Below are positions 1 to 7,036 of a stretch of DNA of 32,000 bases, one piece after another. Source of the stretch: Thermofilum pendens Hrk 5 (GTDB taxonomy: Archaea > Thermoproteota > Thermoprotei > Thermofilales > Thermofilaceae); assembly GCF_000015225.1 (NCBI RefSeq), contig NC_008698.1, forward strand, positions 420,001-452,000. Direction: 5' to 3'. The notes under the pieces are model-generated. The model searched no databases, was not told the DNA's origin, and saw only the letters and a program-made list of their open reading frames with translations. Numbering within the stretch: the stretch's first letter is position 1; each line of letters starts with the position of its first letter. The translations under genes and the position numbers were made by a program.

Positions 1-752
1 TCAACGAGAAGAGGCATGTCAGCATCATGTGGCAAGTGAGAGTTAAGGGTGTCCGCAATGCGCCTAAGGTGTGGGCATTAAAAAAGGAAGAAAAGCGGAA
101 GATAGCGATCGCTGAGATTGAGGAGGCAAATAAGGGTAATATAGATGAGCAAAGGGCGCTGAGAATAGCGCTATACTACGCCGCCGACGGAAAGTATTCG
201 CAGAACTCGACCGCACGCGTGCTACTATTCGCCGTTGGCAAAGAGCAAAACTGGGTTAGAACCGAGGGCTCAGTCAGGATTGCAAGGCTCCTCTACGAGA
301 AAGCGCCACAGCTACTGGAATACATGGCTGCGTCGGGCTGCAAGAAGGCAATGTTCCTAGCACGCCTCGCGCTTATTGGACCGCGAAAGCTGTGCATGTC
401 TTACCAGCGTCTCGGCCTTTATGCACCGGTTGCCGGCGCGTTGCTTAACCTCGTTATGGTTGCCGTCGGCGACGAGTACGCCTACATATACGCCCGCATA
501 CCCGTTAGTAACGCGCCCCCAGGCTGGTACGAGAGGGCTGTCAAAGAGGGTTGGACTGTGAATGTTGTCCGGTCAGGCGAGACGCCTTACTACGAGATCC
601 CCCAGGACTCGCTTTTCGAGCGCGCGGCGGAGGATTCGGAGCTCTGGGAGGCTCTCTATGCGTTCGCTAAGGCTAAGGCGGAGGTTAAGCCAGCCGCGAA
701 GAAGCTAGTCGAAGAACTACTGAAGATACGCCCAGCTGGGGCGAGAAATTAA
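1..752 (+). CDS. Cassette family protein, copy A (5' end cut by window edge; C-terminal ~250 aa present)
   Basis: Frame 3 is open from the window edge (..NEKRHVSIMWQVRVKGVRNAP..) to TAA at 750-752. It aligns throughout with ORFs 17003-18427 and 20538-21638 (VRVKGVRNAP, LYYAADGKY, SGCKKA, YARIPV..P.GWYERAV.EGWTVNVVRSGETPYYEIPQDSLFE). Confidence 0.8.
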   Translation, partial: NEKRHVSIMWQVRVKGVRNAPKVWALKKEEKRKIAIAEIEEANKGNIDEQRALRIALYYAADGKYSQNSTARVLLFAVGKEQNWVRTEGSVRIARLLYEKAPQLLEYMAASGCKKAMFLARLALIGPRKLCMSYQRLGLYAPVAGALLNLVMVAVGDEYAYIYARIPVSNAPPGWYERAVKEGWTVNVVRSGETPYYEIPQDSLFERAAEDSELWEALYAFAKAKAEVKPAAKKLVEELLKIRPAGARN

Positions 753-760
753 GAGAAAAG

Positions 761-793
761 ACCACCAGGAAAGCGGCGTCCGGCCCCCTCCTC
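761..793 (-). repeat. GC-rich cassette boundary motif, copy 1 (ACCACCAGGAAAGCGGCGTCCGGCCCCCTCCTC)
   Basis: Starts 8 nt after the copy A stop. Same motif as at 4536, 6999, 18436, 18787, 20497, 23748 and 24374. Confidence 0.85.
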
Positions 794-869
794 AGTCAGG
801 CGCGGCACGAGCACTAGTAAGCGCGCGCTAACGTAAAGAATAAAAGTGGAGTAGACGTTATCTTTCTAG

Positions 870-1000
870 GCCGGGGTGGCCGAGAGGTCAAGGCGTCGGT
901 TCCACTCGTGAGGTGTGGAGGCGAGGCTGCAGTGGCTAGAGAAATTTACCAGCCCTGGTAACCCGATATTTCCCGGGTTCGAGTCCCGGCCCCGGCTCCA
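870..1000 (+). tRNA. tRNA-Cys(GCA) candidate with two introns (about 900-925 and 933-960), CCA encoded
   Basis: Acceptor GCCGGGG/CCCCGGC, T-arm CCGGG-TTCGAGT-CCCGG, discriminator U73 and CCA are all present. Removing the two inserts gives anticodon arm TCGGG-CTGCAGA-CCCGA. Each insert contains its own hairpin (TCCAC/GTGGA; TACCAG/CTGGTA). Isotype rests on this splice model and on U73. Confidence 0.65.
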
Positions 1001-1035
1001 GCTATATGCTGTTATCACGCGCTACAGGTGTTGCC

Positions 1036-1569
1036 ATGCGGAGAGTATTCAATGTCGTGATACCTCGAAGTAGATTCGTAGACGACGTGCCGCTGGTGTG
1101 CAGGGTTGTTACGTCGGCGATCTTTCTATCGCACGATATCCGGCGCGATGTTACCCTTCGCTTCGTGATGCCGGATGCAGGGCTCTCGGTTTCCTTTCTA
1201 TCCTCCAGGCTGAGGCACGTGCACGTGGATGAGCAGTCGTTCGCCGGGCTACATCGAAGGATAGTTAGGGCAATGTGGGAGGTAGAATCCGAGGGTGGAG
1301 CCAGGCACCCGCACAGCGGTATAAGCGTGGAGAGGATTGCTGGCAACGTAGAGGAGCAATTCGGCGGTTCGTTCCTCGTATCTAGCGACGGCGAGCTCTT
1401 GGCAGATGTTCTGAGGCGCCTAGGGGAGGTAAGGGAAATTTCTCTAGTGTTCAGCGCGGGGTTCCAGGTGAGGGTACCGAGGAGGGTGAGAGTCTCTGTT
1501 GAGAGAAAAAACTTGGACGTCTTGATCGTAATTGCGAACATTGAGATAGACAACTACCTAGGGGCCTGA
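1036..1569 (+). CDS. trmY: tRNA (pseudouridine54-N1)-methyltransferase TrmY-like (SPOUT, COG1901)
   Basis: IFLSHDIRRDV block is near-identical to the FFLSHDIRRDV block I recall from the M. jannaschii TrmY family. Start moved to ATG 1036 because the ORF-track start at 1006 abuts the tRNA end. Confidence 0.6.
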   Translation: MRRVFNVVIPRSRFVDDVPLVCRVVTSAIFLSHDIRRDVTLRFVMPDAGLSVSFLSSRLRHVHVDEQSFAGLHRRIVRAMWEVESEGGARHPHSGISVERIAGNVEEQFGGSFLVSSDGELLADVLRRLGEVREISLVFSAGFQVRVPRRVRVSVERKNLDVLIVIANIEIDNYLGA

Positions 1570-2574
1570 GGCCTCCTTATGGGACTTCCACTTCCTTGGG
1601 TAGGTCCCCGGATCCATGACAACGTGCTCCGTTTTCACGGCAATCCCGCTAGACTCTGTAAGCATCTTCTCCGTGGTCATTTGCGCTTTCCCGATGGCTA
1701 CTAGCTCGCCTTTCAGCGTGAGAATAGCCACTGTGCTGTTCACCTTTATACCTCCCTCTAGCTTTACTATCCCGGGGACAGCCAGAGGGGCTCCATGGCA
1801 TACAGCATCTACCGCGGAGTCTCTAATCCATACTTTTGGAAGATGCTGGATCGCTGCTTCAACAGGCAGAAAGACTTGCCGTAGAAAGTGGTCTATCCCT
1901 CTCTCTTTCCAGATATAGTACGCGTCCACGACGTCGTGCATCGTAGAGCAGTTCCTGTCCTCATAGAGACTCCCAGACCTGATCCTTCTAAGTTCCTGCA
2001 TGTGCGCCCCGACACCGAGTATCTCTCCGATATCGTGGCACAGCTTACGCATGTAGGTTCCAGCTTCGCACCAGACATGGAGGAGGGCAGTCCTCTCGTT
2101 AAACTCTAAAAGCCTAATATCGTAGATCTGCCTTATTCGAACCTCCCTCTTCACAGCAGACCTTAGCGGTGGCCTCTGGTAAATCCTGCCTTTAAACATG
2201 CTGACTACTCTTTCAAGCCTTTCCGGGTCGACGTCGCCGTGCAGCCTCATTACACACACATACTCCTTGTCCTCTTTTAGCAGCACAGGTAGTACGCGTA
2301 CAGCGTTGTTCAACGTTATGGGAAGAACCCCGGAAACCTTTGGATCCAGCGTGCCAGCGTGGGCTATTCTCTCTATCCCTAGGAGCTTCCTAAGCCACGC
2401 TACAACCTCGTGGCTTGAGGGTCCCACGGGTTTGTCTAGGTTTATGACGGAGTACTTGAGGAGTACTTCCGGCGGTCGCTCTTCTGGGAGCCACCCGTAG
2501 GAAAAATCCGTCTCGTCTTCGGACCTCACGTATATCTCGCGGGAAGGGGTCGCTGCAAGGTACTTGGCGGGCAC
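1558..2574 (-). CDS. cbf5: H/ACA RNP pseudouridine synthase Cbf5 (TruB family with C-terminal PUA)
   Basis: 338 aa with the TruB catalytic block HAGTLDPKVSGVLP, a LDKPVGPSSHEVV N-terminal block and a PUA-like C-terminus. Confidence 0.9.
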   Translation of the reverse strand: MPAKYLAATPSREIYVRSEDETDFSYGWLPEERPPEVLLKYSVINLDKPVGPSSHEVVAWLRKLLGIERIAHAGTLDPKVSGVLPITLNNAVRVLPVLLKEDKEYVCVMRLHGDVDPERLERVVSMFKGRIYQRPPLRSAVKREVRIRQIYDIRLLEFNERTALLHVWCEAGTYMRKLCHDIGEILGVGAHMQELRRIRSGSLYEDRNCSTMHDVVDAYYIWKERGIDHFLRQVFLPVEAAIQHLPKVWIRDSAVDAVCHGAPLAVPGIVKLEGGIKVNSTVAILTLKGELVAIGKAQMTTEKMLTESSGIAVKTEHVVMDPGTYPRKWKSHKEASGP

Positions 2575-2600
2575 GAACGCTGCACCACGGTAACCTGCAG

Positions 2601-2897
2601 CTAAACAAACGTGGTTGATACCGTCGGCTTAACCTTTTCCTTCATGAACTCTATAAGCCCAGCTTTTTCGAGAGCCGCTTTTACTTCCTCGTCGCTAGCA
2701 CCTTTACTTATGCTGATCTTGTATTCTAGGGGTTCGAGGTGGCGTATATTCGCTCTCCTCCTCTTAACCCCGCTAACGCTTTTAGGCCCTGTCACGAGAA
2801 CGAAGTTGTCGTCGATTATGTCTACTATTACGCATTTAAGCCCGGCTTCGCGCCCGCTAGTCTTAACGCATATCCTTCCAACGTCGTATACCTTCAT
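2601..2897 (-). CDS. rpl14e: 50S ribosomal protein L14e (KOW)
   Basis: [51 protein letters not shown] is a typical L14e. Internal ATG at 2897 chosen, with GGTGGT 5-10 nt upstream. Confidence 0.85.
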   Translation of the reverse strand: MKVYDVGRICVKTSGREAGLKCVIVDIIDDNFVLVTGPKSVSGVKRRRANIRHLEPLEYKISISKGASDEEVKAALEKAGLIEFMKEKVKPTVSTTFV

Positions 2898-3008
2898 AGT
2901 TACCACCCGATCGACGGTAATCCCTGAACTTAAGCTTTTCCTTTTTTCGTGTGCTTGCGCACACAATCTTTATTAGCACTTCTACTGAAGATTCTGGGGC
3001 GATGAGGA

Positions 3009-3272
3009 ATGGCCGACGTTGTACCCCAGATTAAAAACGCTATAGAGCTTTTAAAACAGATAGCCGATGACCGGGGTATTCCTAGGAACATTAGAAGGGT
3101 TGCCACGGAGTCTATAGAGGTGCTAATGGATCCCCAGATGACGCCGGGACTTAAGGCGGCTACGGTGATCTCCAAGCTAGAAGATATATCCTCAGATCCC
3201 AACACACCGCTCTTCGCGCGTACCAAGATCTGGCAGATAATCTCCCTACTCGAGCAGGTTAAAGATGCATGA
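3009..3272 (+). CDS. UPF0147-family small helical protein
   Basis: 87 aa with IPRNIRRVA..., ...DISSDPNTPLFARTKIW, the pattern of the archaeal UPF0147/COG1698 family. Confidence 0.65.
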   Translation: MADVVPQIKNAIELLKQIADDRGIPRNIRRVATESIEVLMDPQMTPGLKAATVISKLEDISSDPNTPLFARTKIWQIISLLEQVKDA

Positions 3273-4330
3273 AGCGTGTCCGCACACTCAAGAGCGGCAG
3301 CGTAGTCTACGGTAAGCTACCCAGGGGCTGCACGCTCTGCCAACAGGGGCTCAAAACTGTGATTTTTCTAACCGGGCTTTGCCCTTACAACTGTTTCTAC
3401 TGTCCGCTGAGCAACTATAGAAAGCAAAGGGACGTCACGTTTGTGAACGAAGTAGAGGTCTACGATCCAGGAGAATACTTCACGCTATTAAAGGCGGAGA
3501 TACTGAGATCGGGCTCCCTGGGAGCAAGCCTCACCGGTGGGGATCCCCTGGTGAAGCAAAGCCTTTCCGTGGAAACGGCAAAGTTCTTGAAAGAAGTATT
3601 CGGTAAAGGCTTCCACATACATGTCTATACTACGGGCTTACTGCTAAGACATGAGACTCTAAACTCCCTCGTAGAAGCTGGGCTAGACGAGCTGAGAATA
3701 CACGCCCCTCTCGACAGGCTGGAAGAAGTACTCAACGTCGCGAGCGAGTGGGGCGATAAGCTATCCATAGGGCTCGAGTACCCTGCCTTGCCGCGCAGCG
3801 AAGATTCGCTGGTAAGACTCCTAGAGGTGGCGGAAAGGTACGAGTTAGACTTCGTGAATTTGAACCAGCTAGAGTTCACAGAGACGAACTCTGTTTCGCT
3901 CGAGCTAAGAGGCTACAGGCTTTCCGAGGACTACAGGTCTGCAGAGGGAAGCGCCGAAGCCGCTTTGAAAGCCGTCAGCTACGCGGAGGAAAAACGGCTC
4001 AACATATCGGTACACTACTGCCCGGTAAAGGTAAAGGATCACTACCAGACGGGGCTAAGACTCTACAGGCTCGCCGTGCTCAGCGCGGCTACGCACCAAT
4101 ACGTCACCGATGACGGAACCCTCGTCGAGGTAAGCTACGACGAACTGGCAAGCGGAAACGAGCATGTAGCCTCGCTTTACGCGGATAAATTCATACATCC
4201 AATGCTAGTCGATAAAGTCAAGAAGGGAAAAGTGCTCGAAAGAAACCCCGCCCTCAGAAAACTGGTCTTAGAAGAGACACCCATCCGAGAAGAGCGCGAA
4301 CACGGAGAAAACGCTTTCAGGAAAAACTAG
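3269..4330 (+). CDS. Radical SAM protein (activating-enzyme-like)
   Basis: Canonical CxxxCxxC cluster (CPYNCFYCP) near the N-terminus. 4-nt ATGA overlap with the upstream gene. Confidence 0.75.
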   Translation: MKRVRTLKSGSVVYGKLPRGCTLCQQGLKTVIFLTGLCPYNCFYCPLSNYRKQRDVTFVNEVEVYDPGEYFTLLKAEILRSGSLGASLTGGDPLVKQSLSVETAKFLKEVFGKGFHIHVYTTGLLLRHETLNSLVEAGLDELRIHAPLDRLEEVLNVASEWGDKLSIGLEYPALPRSEDSLVRLLEVAERYELDFVNLNQLEFTETNSVSLELRGYRLSEDYRSAEGSAEAALKAVSYAEEKRLNISVHYCPVKVKDHYQTGLRLYRLAVLSAATHQYVTDDGTLVEVSYDELASGNEHVASLYADKFIHPMLVDKVKKGKVLERNPALRKLVLEETPIREEREHGENAFRKN

Positions 4331-4530
4331 CGTAAAGCATACCGAAAACAGGTCAGGAATCCACTCAAGCGCTCCCTGCCGACGAAGTAGTACGAGTCCC
4401 ACTTGGTGAAATTTCTGATGAAGTAGCTTTTTCCAACTTTCCTCCTCCCGTAGACGAGAACCCAGGCTCCTGTACTCTTCCACCTAGCCAAATCCGAATA
4501 CCTCACTATACTAACCACTTTAGTGCGCAA
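4327..4530 (-). pseudogene. N-terminal fragment of an archaeal ATPase (Arch_ATPase/AAA-like), truncated after ~67 codons
   Basis: WVLVYGRRKVGKSYFIRNF is the Walker-A region of the 'ATPase predominantly from Archaea' family. Those proteins are several hundred aa, and this ORF stops at 67 aa where the radical SAM gene ends. Confidence 0.45.
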
Positions 4531-4535
4531 CTTAA

Positions 4536-4560
4536 GAGGAGGGGGCCGGGCGCCTTTCCC
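4536..4560 (+). repeat. GC-rich cassette boundary motif, copy 2 (solo, 3' part missing: GAGGAGGGGGCCGGGCGCCTTTCCC)
   Basis: Matches the first 25 nt of the motif and runs into GCGCGCG instead of TGGTGG. No family gene is attached. Confidence 0.7.
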
Positions 4561-4781
4561 GCGCGCGAGAGTCTTGACGCTGGACGACTACGAGCTGGAG
4601 GGCTCGCTGGGAGAGCCCGAGGGCGGCTTCTTCTCCAAGGCTCTCGTAAAGGCGGTCAGGACGGCGAGGGCGGACCCTGACCGCCCGGAGGAGCGCTGTT
4701 ACTGGCGTGTGCCGCGCGCGGCACTTCGCGAAAACTTAATAACCTCCAGCCCAAGAATTCTTTACTGCGCCGAGCGCTATA

Positions 4782-4890
4782 GCCGGGGTAGCTCAGCTGG
4801 GAGAGCGCTCGGCTGAAGACCGAGTCGCGCACCCGGCATAGAGGTGCGCTGCGGGAGAGGTCCCGGGTTCAAATCCCGGCCCCGGCACCA
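4782..4890 (+). tRNA. tRNA-Phe(GAA) with a 33-nt non-canonical intron after the anticodon stem (4825-4857), CCA encoded
   Basis: Clean cloverleaf: GCCGGGG / GCTC-AGCTGGGA-GAGC / CTCGG-CTGAAGA-CCGAG / [insert] / AGGTC / CCGGG-TTCAAAT-CCCGG / CCCCGGC-A-CCA. The insert has a 7-bp hairpin GCGCACC..GGTGCGC. Confidence 0.9.
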
Positions 4891-4995
4891 CTCTTCCCCA
4901 AGGTTTTCGATCGCGTATCATAAACTAGCAGGTTTCGGGTTGTGAAAACACGCGTTACGCCGCGTCCTCCTCGTATGTTTCGCAAATAACGTACC

Positions 4996-5421
4996 CTACA
5001 CGGCTTCTCTTTCACGTACACGAGTGCGGGTCTTCATGTCGACTAGGAAAACACTCCTCCACCCCGCGCCTCTTAAACGTTCATCGATTAGCCTGAGAAG
5101 ACCCGGTTTGAGGGGCGAAATAATGGCCTTCGAAACTCGGTTTCCTCTCTTCAGTAGTATCACTAAGACCGTTACCTCCGGCGACTCAGGGTCTTTAGAG
5201 AACCTTAAAACGTGGTTCTCCCCCTCATCTAGGTCTCTGATTAACCCGTTTTCCACGAGCCACTTCCTCAAGAAGTTAAAATAAGGCAGGAAGCTCTCCA
5301 CCCTCTTGCTTTGCCTAAAGCCCGATACTCGCAAGTCTAACCAGAATACCTCTCTATCCTTCTCCACAACGTAGACGCCAACACTCCTGAGAATCCTCGT
5401 ACGCAACATACCTTCCCACAC
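4996..5421 (-). CDS. Hypothetical protein
   Basis: 141-aa ORF with non-repetitive composition and no recognisable motif. The opposite-strand ORF is Ser/Leu-rich and shorter. Confidence 0.4.
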   Translation of the reverse strand: MWEGMLRTRILRSVGVYVVEKDREVFWLDLRVSGFRQSKRVESFLPYFNFLRKWLVENGLIRDLDEGENHVLRFSKDPESPEVTVLVILLKRGNRVSKAIISPLKPGLLRLIDERLRGAGWRSVFLVDMKTRTRVREREAV

Positions 5422-5656
5422 CCTCGACCCGCAACTATTGATAAATCTTTCGGCGCGCGCGTCGTTTGCACATTAAGCCAGTCCCTGTTTTTTCACATAA
5501 AGCGACTTCGAGAACTCTGAGAGAAAGAGCCCTAGGCTCACGAAAAGTAATGCGGGCAAGAGCGCGCGAAGAAAACCTTCGGCACCCATTACTCATAACG
5601 CAACGATATATCGAAATATTTTAATCTCCCAAAGAACCAGTATCCCTGAGGCGTGT

Positions 5657-5983
5657 ATGTCGAGCGAGGATGCCCAGCTGTTCGAGGCACAAGCCGAGTT
5701 CTGCAAATCGCTGTGTCATCCCCTCAGGCTGAAAATAATCTCGCTACTCTACGCTGGCCCTCGAAACGTCTCTGAAATCGTAAACTCACTGGGAGAGCCC
5801 CAGCCAGTGGTCTCTAGGCACCTGGCGCTTCTAAGAGAGAAGGGGGTCGTTAGAGCAGAGCGGCGCGGGACGAACGTGTACTACTACCTAGCATACCCGG
5901 AGCTTGAAGAGGCTTGCAGAATTGTGAGAAGAGTTATTCGAAAGATGATAGAAGAGAGAGCCCAGGCTCTTCAAAGAAGATAG
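5657..5983 (+). CDS. ArsR/SmtB-family HTH transcriptional regulator
   Basis: CKSLCHPLRLKIISLL...VSEIVNSLGEPQPVVSRHLALLREKGVV..RRGTNVYY is a classic ArsR winged helix. Confidence 0.85.
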   Translation: MSSEDAQLFEAQAEFCKSLCHPLRLKIISLLYAGPRNVSEIVNSLGEPQPVVSRHLALLREKGVVRAERRGTNVYYYLAYPELEEACRIVRRVIRKMIEERAQALQRR

Positions 5984-5997
5984 TTTTCCAGGGAGAG

Positions 5998-6125
5998 TGG
6001 TGCGGGGGCCGGGATTCGAACCCGGGCAGGCCAACGCCAGCGGAGCTCCCATTGAATGTAATCCTGAGTATAGGCCCAGCCTCCAGGCCGGTCCGCCCCC
6101 TTTGACCTAGCTCGGGCACCCCCGC
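5998..6125 (-). tRNA. tRNA-Leu(CAG) candidate with two introns (about 6069-6091 and 6046-6062), CCA encoded
   Basis: The reverse complement reads GCGGGGG-TG-CCC-GAGCTAGGTCAAA-GGG-G-GCGGA ... TCCGC-TGGCGTTGGCCTGC-CCGGG-TTCGAAT-CCCGG-CCCCCGC-A-CCA. This is a type II tRNA with a long variable arm and A73. The only loop-like anticodon context between the stem halves is CTCAGG, flanked by 23-nt and 17-nt inserts. Confidence 0.7.
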
Positions 6126-6194
6126 CCGCGCGTCTCCGCGCGTATATTCACTGCTGAAACCGAGTTAATAAGCTTTTTCCGCTGATGCTTTGCG

Positions 6195-6965
6195 CTACAG
6201 CTTCCTAGCGGTAAGCAGGTACCCCGTATGCAGGACTCCAAGCGTCTCGGGTCTTAGCTCTCCCGGTACCGGCTTATACTTCCTCACGTTTACTTCTACG
6301 GGTTCTATAACCTTAAAGCCGCTTTTCCTCACTGCAACAATAACCCTCTCGAGCTGAGTGACCGTGGGCACGAAGACGGCGAGTATACCCCCGTGCGTCA
6401 ACGCGTTGTAAGCTTCCTCGGCAACATTCCAGGGGTCCGGCATGTCCAGCACGACGGCGTCCACATCACTTTCATCGATGCCTTTCCGAATATCCTTGTT
6501 CTTTGCCTCGACGTAAGGTAGTAGCCCAACTTCTTTGAGGTTCTCCAGAGCAGCCTCGTAGAAATCCTTCCTTATCTCGTACGTATAGACCCTCCCGCTA
6601 GGCCTCACGTACCACGCGAGAATCGCGGTCAGAAAGCCCGTCCCAGTACCTGCCTCTACGACACGCGACCCTGGACCTATATTGGCAGACACGACTATGT
6701 AAGCAGCGTCCTTCGGGTATATCACCTGGGTGAACCTGCGGAGAGAGCCAAGTCTATCGAGCAGGTTAGCCCTAGATACTACGAGATCCTCCCCAATGTT
6801 TGTCCTCACAGTCTCCCCGTAACGCTTACCCACGACTTCCGTGAGATTCACGCTTCCATGCGTCGTGTGGTAAACCCTCCCCTCCTCTACCTTCACCGTG
6901 TACCTATGCTTCTCATCGTGGTACAACAGCACCCAGTCCCCCGTTTTCACGCACTCAGACATCAA
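6195..6965 (-). CDS. trmI: tRNA (adenine-N1)-methyltransferase TrmI (Gcd14 family)
   Basis: N-terminal beta domain followed by the SAM motif VVEAGTGTGFLT. Length and layout fit archaeal TrmI. Confidence 0.8.
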   Translation of the reverse strand: MMSECVKTGDWVLLYHDEKHRYTVKVEEGRVYHTTHGSVNLTEVVGKRYGETVRTNIGEDLVVSRANLLDRLGSLRRFTQVIYPKDAAYIVVSANIGPGSRVVEAGTGTGFLTAILAWYVRPSGRVYTYEIRKDFYEAALENLKEVGLLPYVEAKNKDIRKGIDESDVDAVVLDMPDPWNVAEEAYNALTHGGILAVFVPTVTQLERVIVAVRKSGFKVIEPVEVNVRKYKPVPGELRPETLGVLHTGYLLTARKL

Positions 6966-6998
6966 GGCGACTAAAGTTTCTCAAATTATAAGCGTAGC

Positions 6999-7030
6999 GG
7001 GGAGGGGGCCGGGCGCCGCTTCCCTGGTGG
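6999..7030 (+). repeat. GC-rich cassette boundary motif, copy 3 (GGGGAGGGGGCCGGGCGCCGCTTCCCTGGTGG)
   Basis: Lies 6 nt beyond the TAG (7037-7039) that ends the out-of-frame C-terminal tail of copy B. Confidence 0.85.
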
Positions 7031-7036
7031 TTTACC

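Noticed and set aside
1002-1553. 183-aa minus-strand ORF antisense to the TrmY-like gene. Similar shadow ORFs occur at 8882-9400, 10468-11328, 11401-11958, 2611-2976 and 29763-30263.
   Set aside because: Each lies entirely antisense to a gene with clear family signatures. Each also has the Ser/Thr/Pro/Leu-rich composition typical of shadow frames in GC-rich coding DNA.
4523-4816. 97-aa plus-strand ORF running from the solo boundary motif into tRNA-Phe.
   Set aside because: It overlaps the first 35 nt of a well-supported tRNA gene and starts inside the repeat motif. It has Arg/Ala/Gly-rich low-complexity composition and no recognisable motif.
5473-5589. 38-aa hydrophobic minus-strand ORF (MGAEGFLRALLPALLFVSLGLFLSEFSKSLYVKKQGLA) in the 235-bp arsR upstream region.
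   Set aside because: It is too short to support from sequence alone, with no conservation evidence available here. It is mentioned only as context for the promoter palindromes.
5914-6119. ORFs on both strands (5914-6105 and 5934-6119) across the tRNA-Leu locus.
   Set aside because: They coincide with a structurally well-supported intron-containing tRNA gene.
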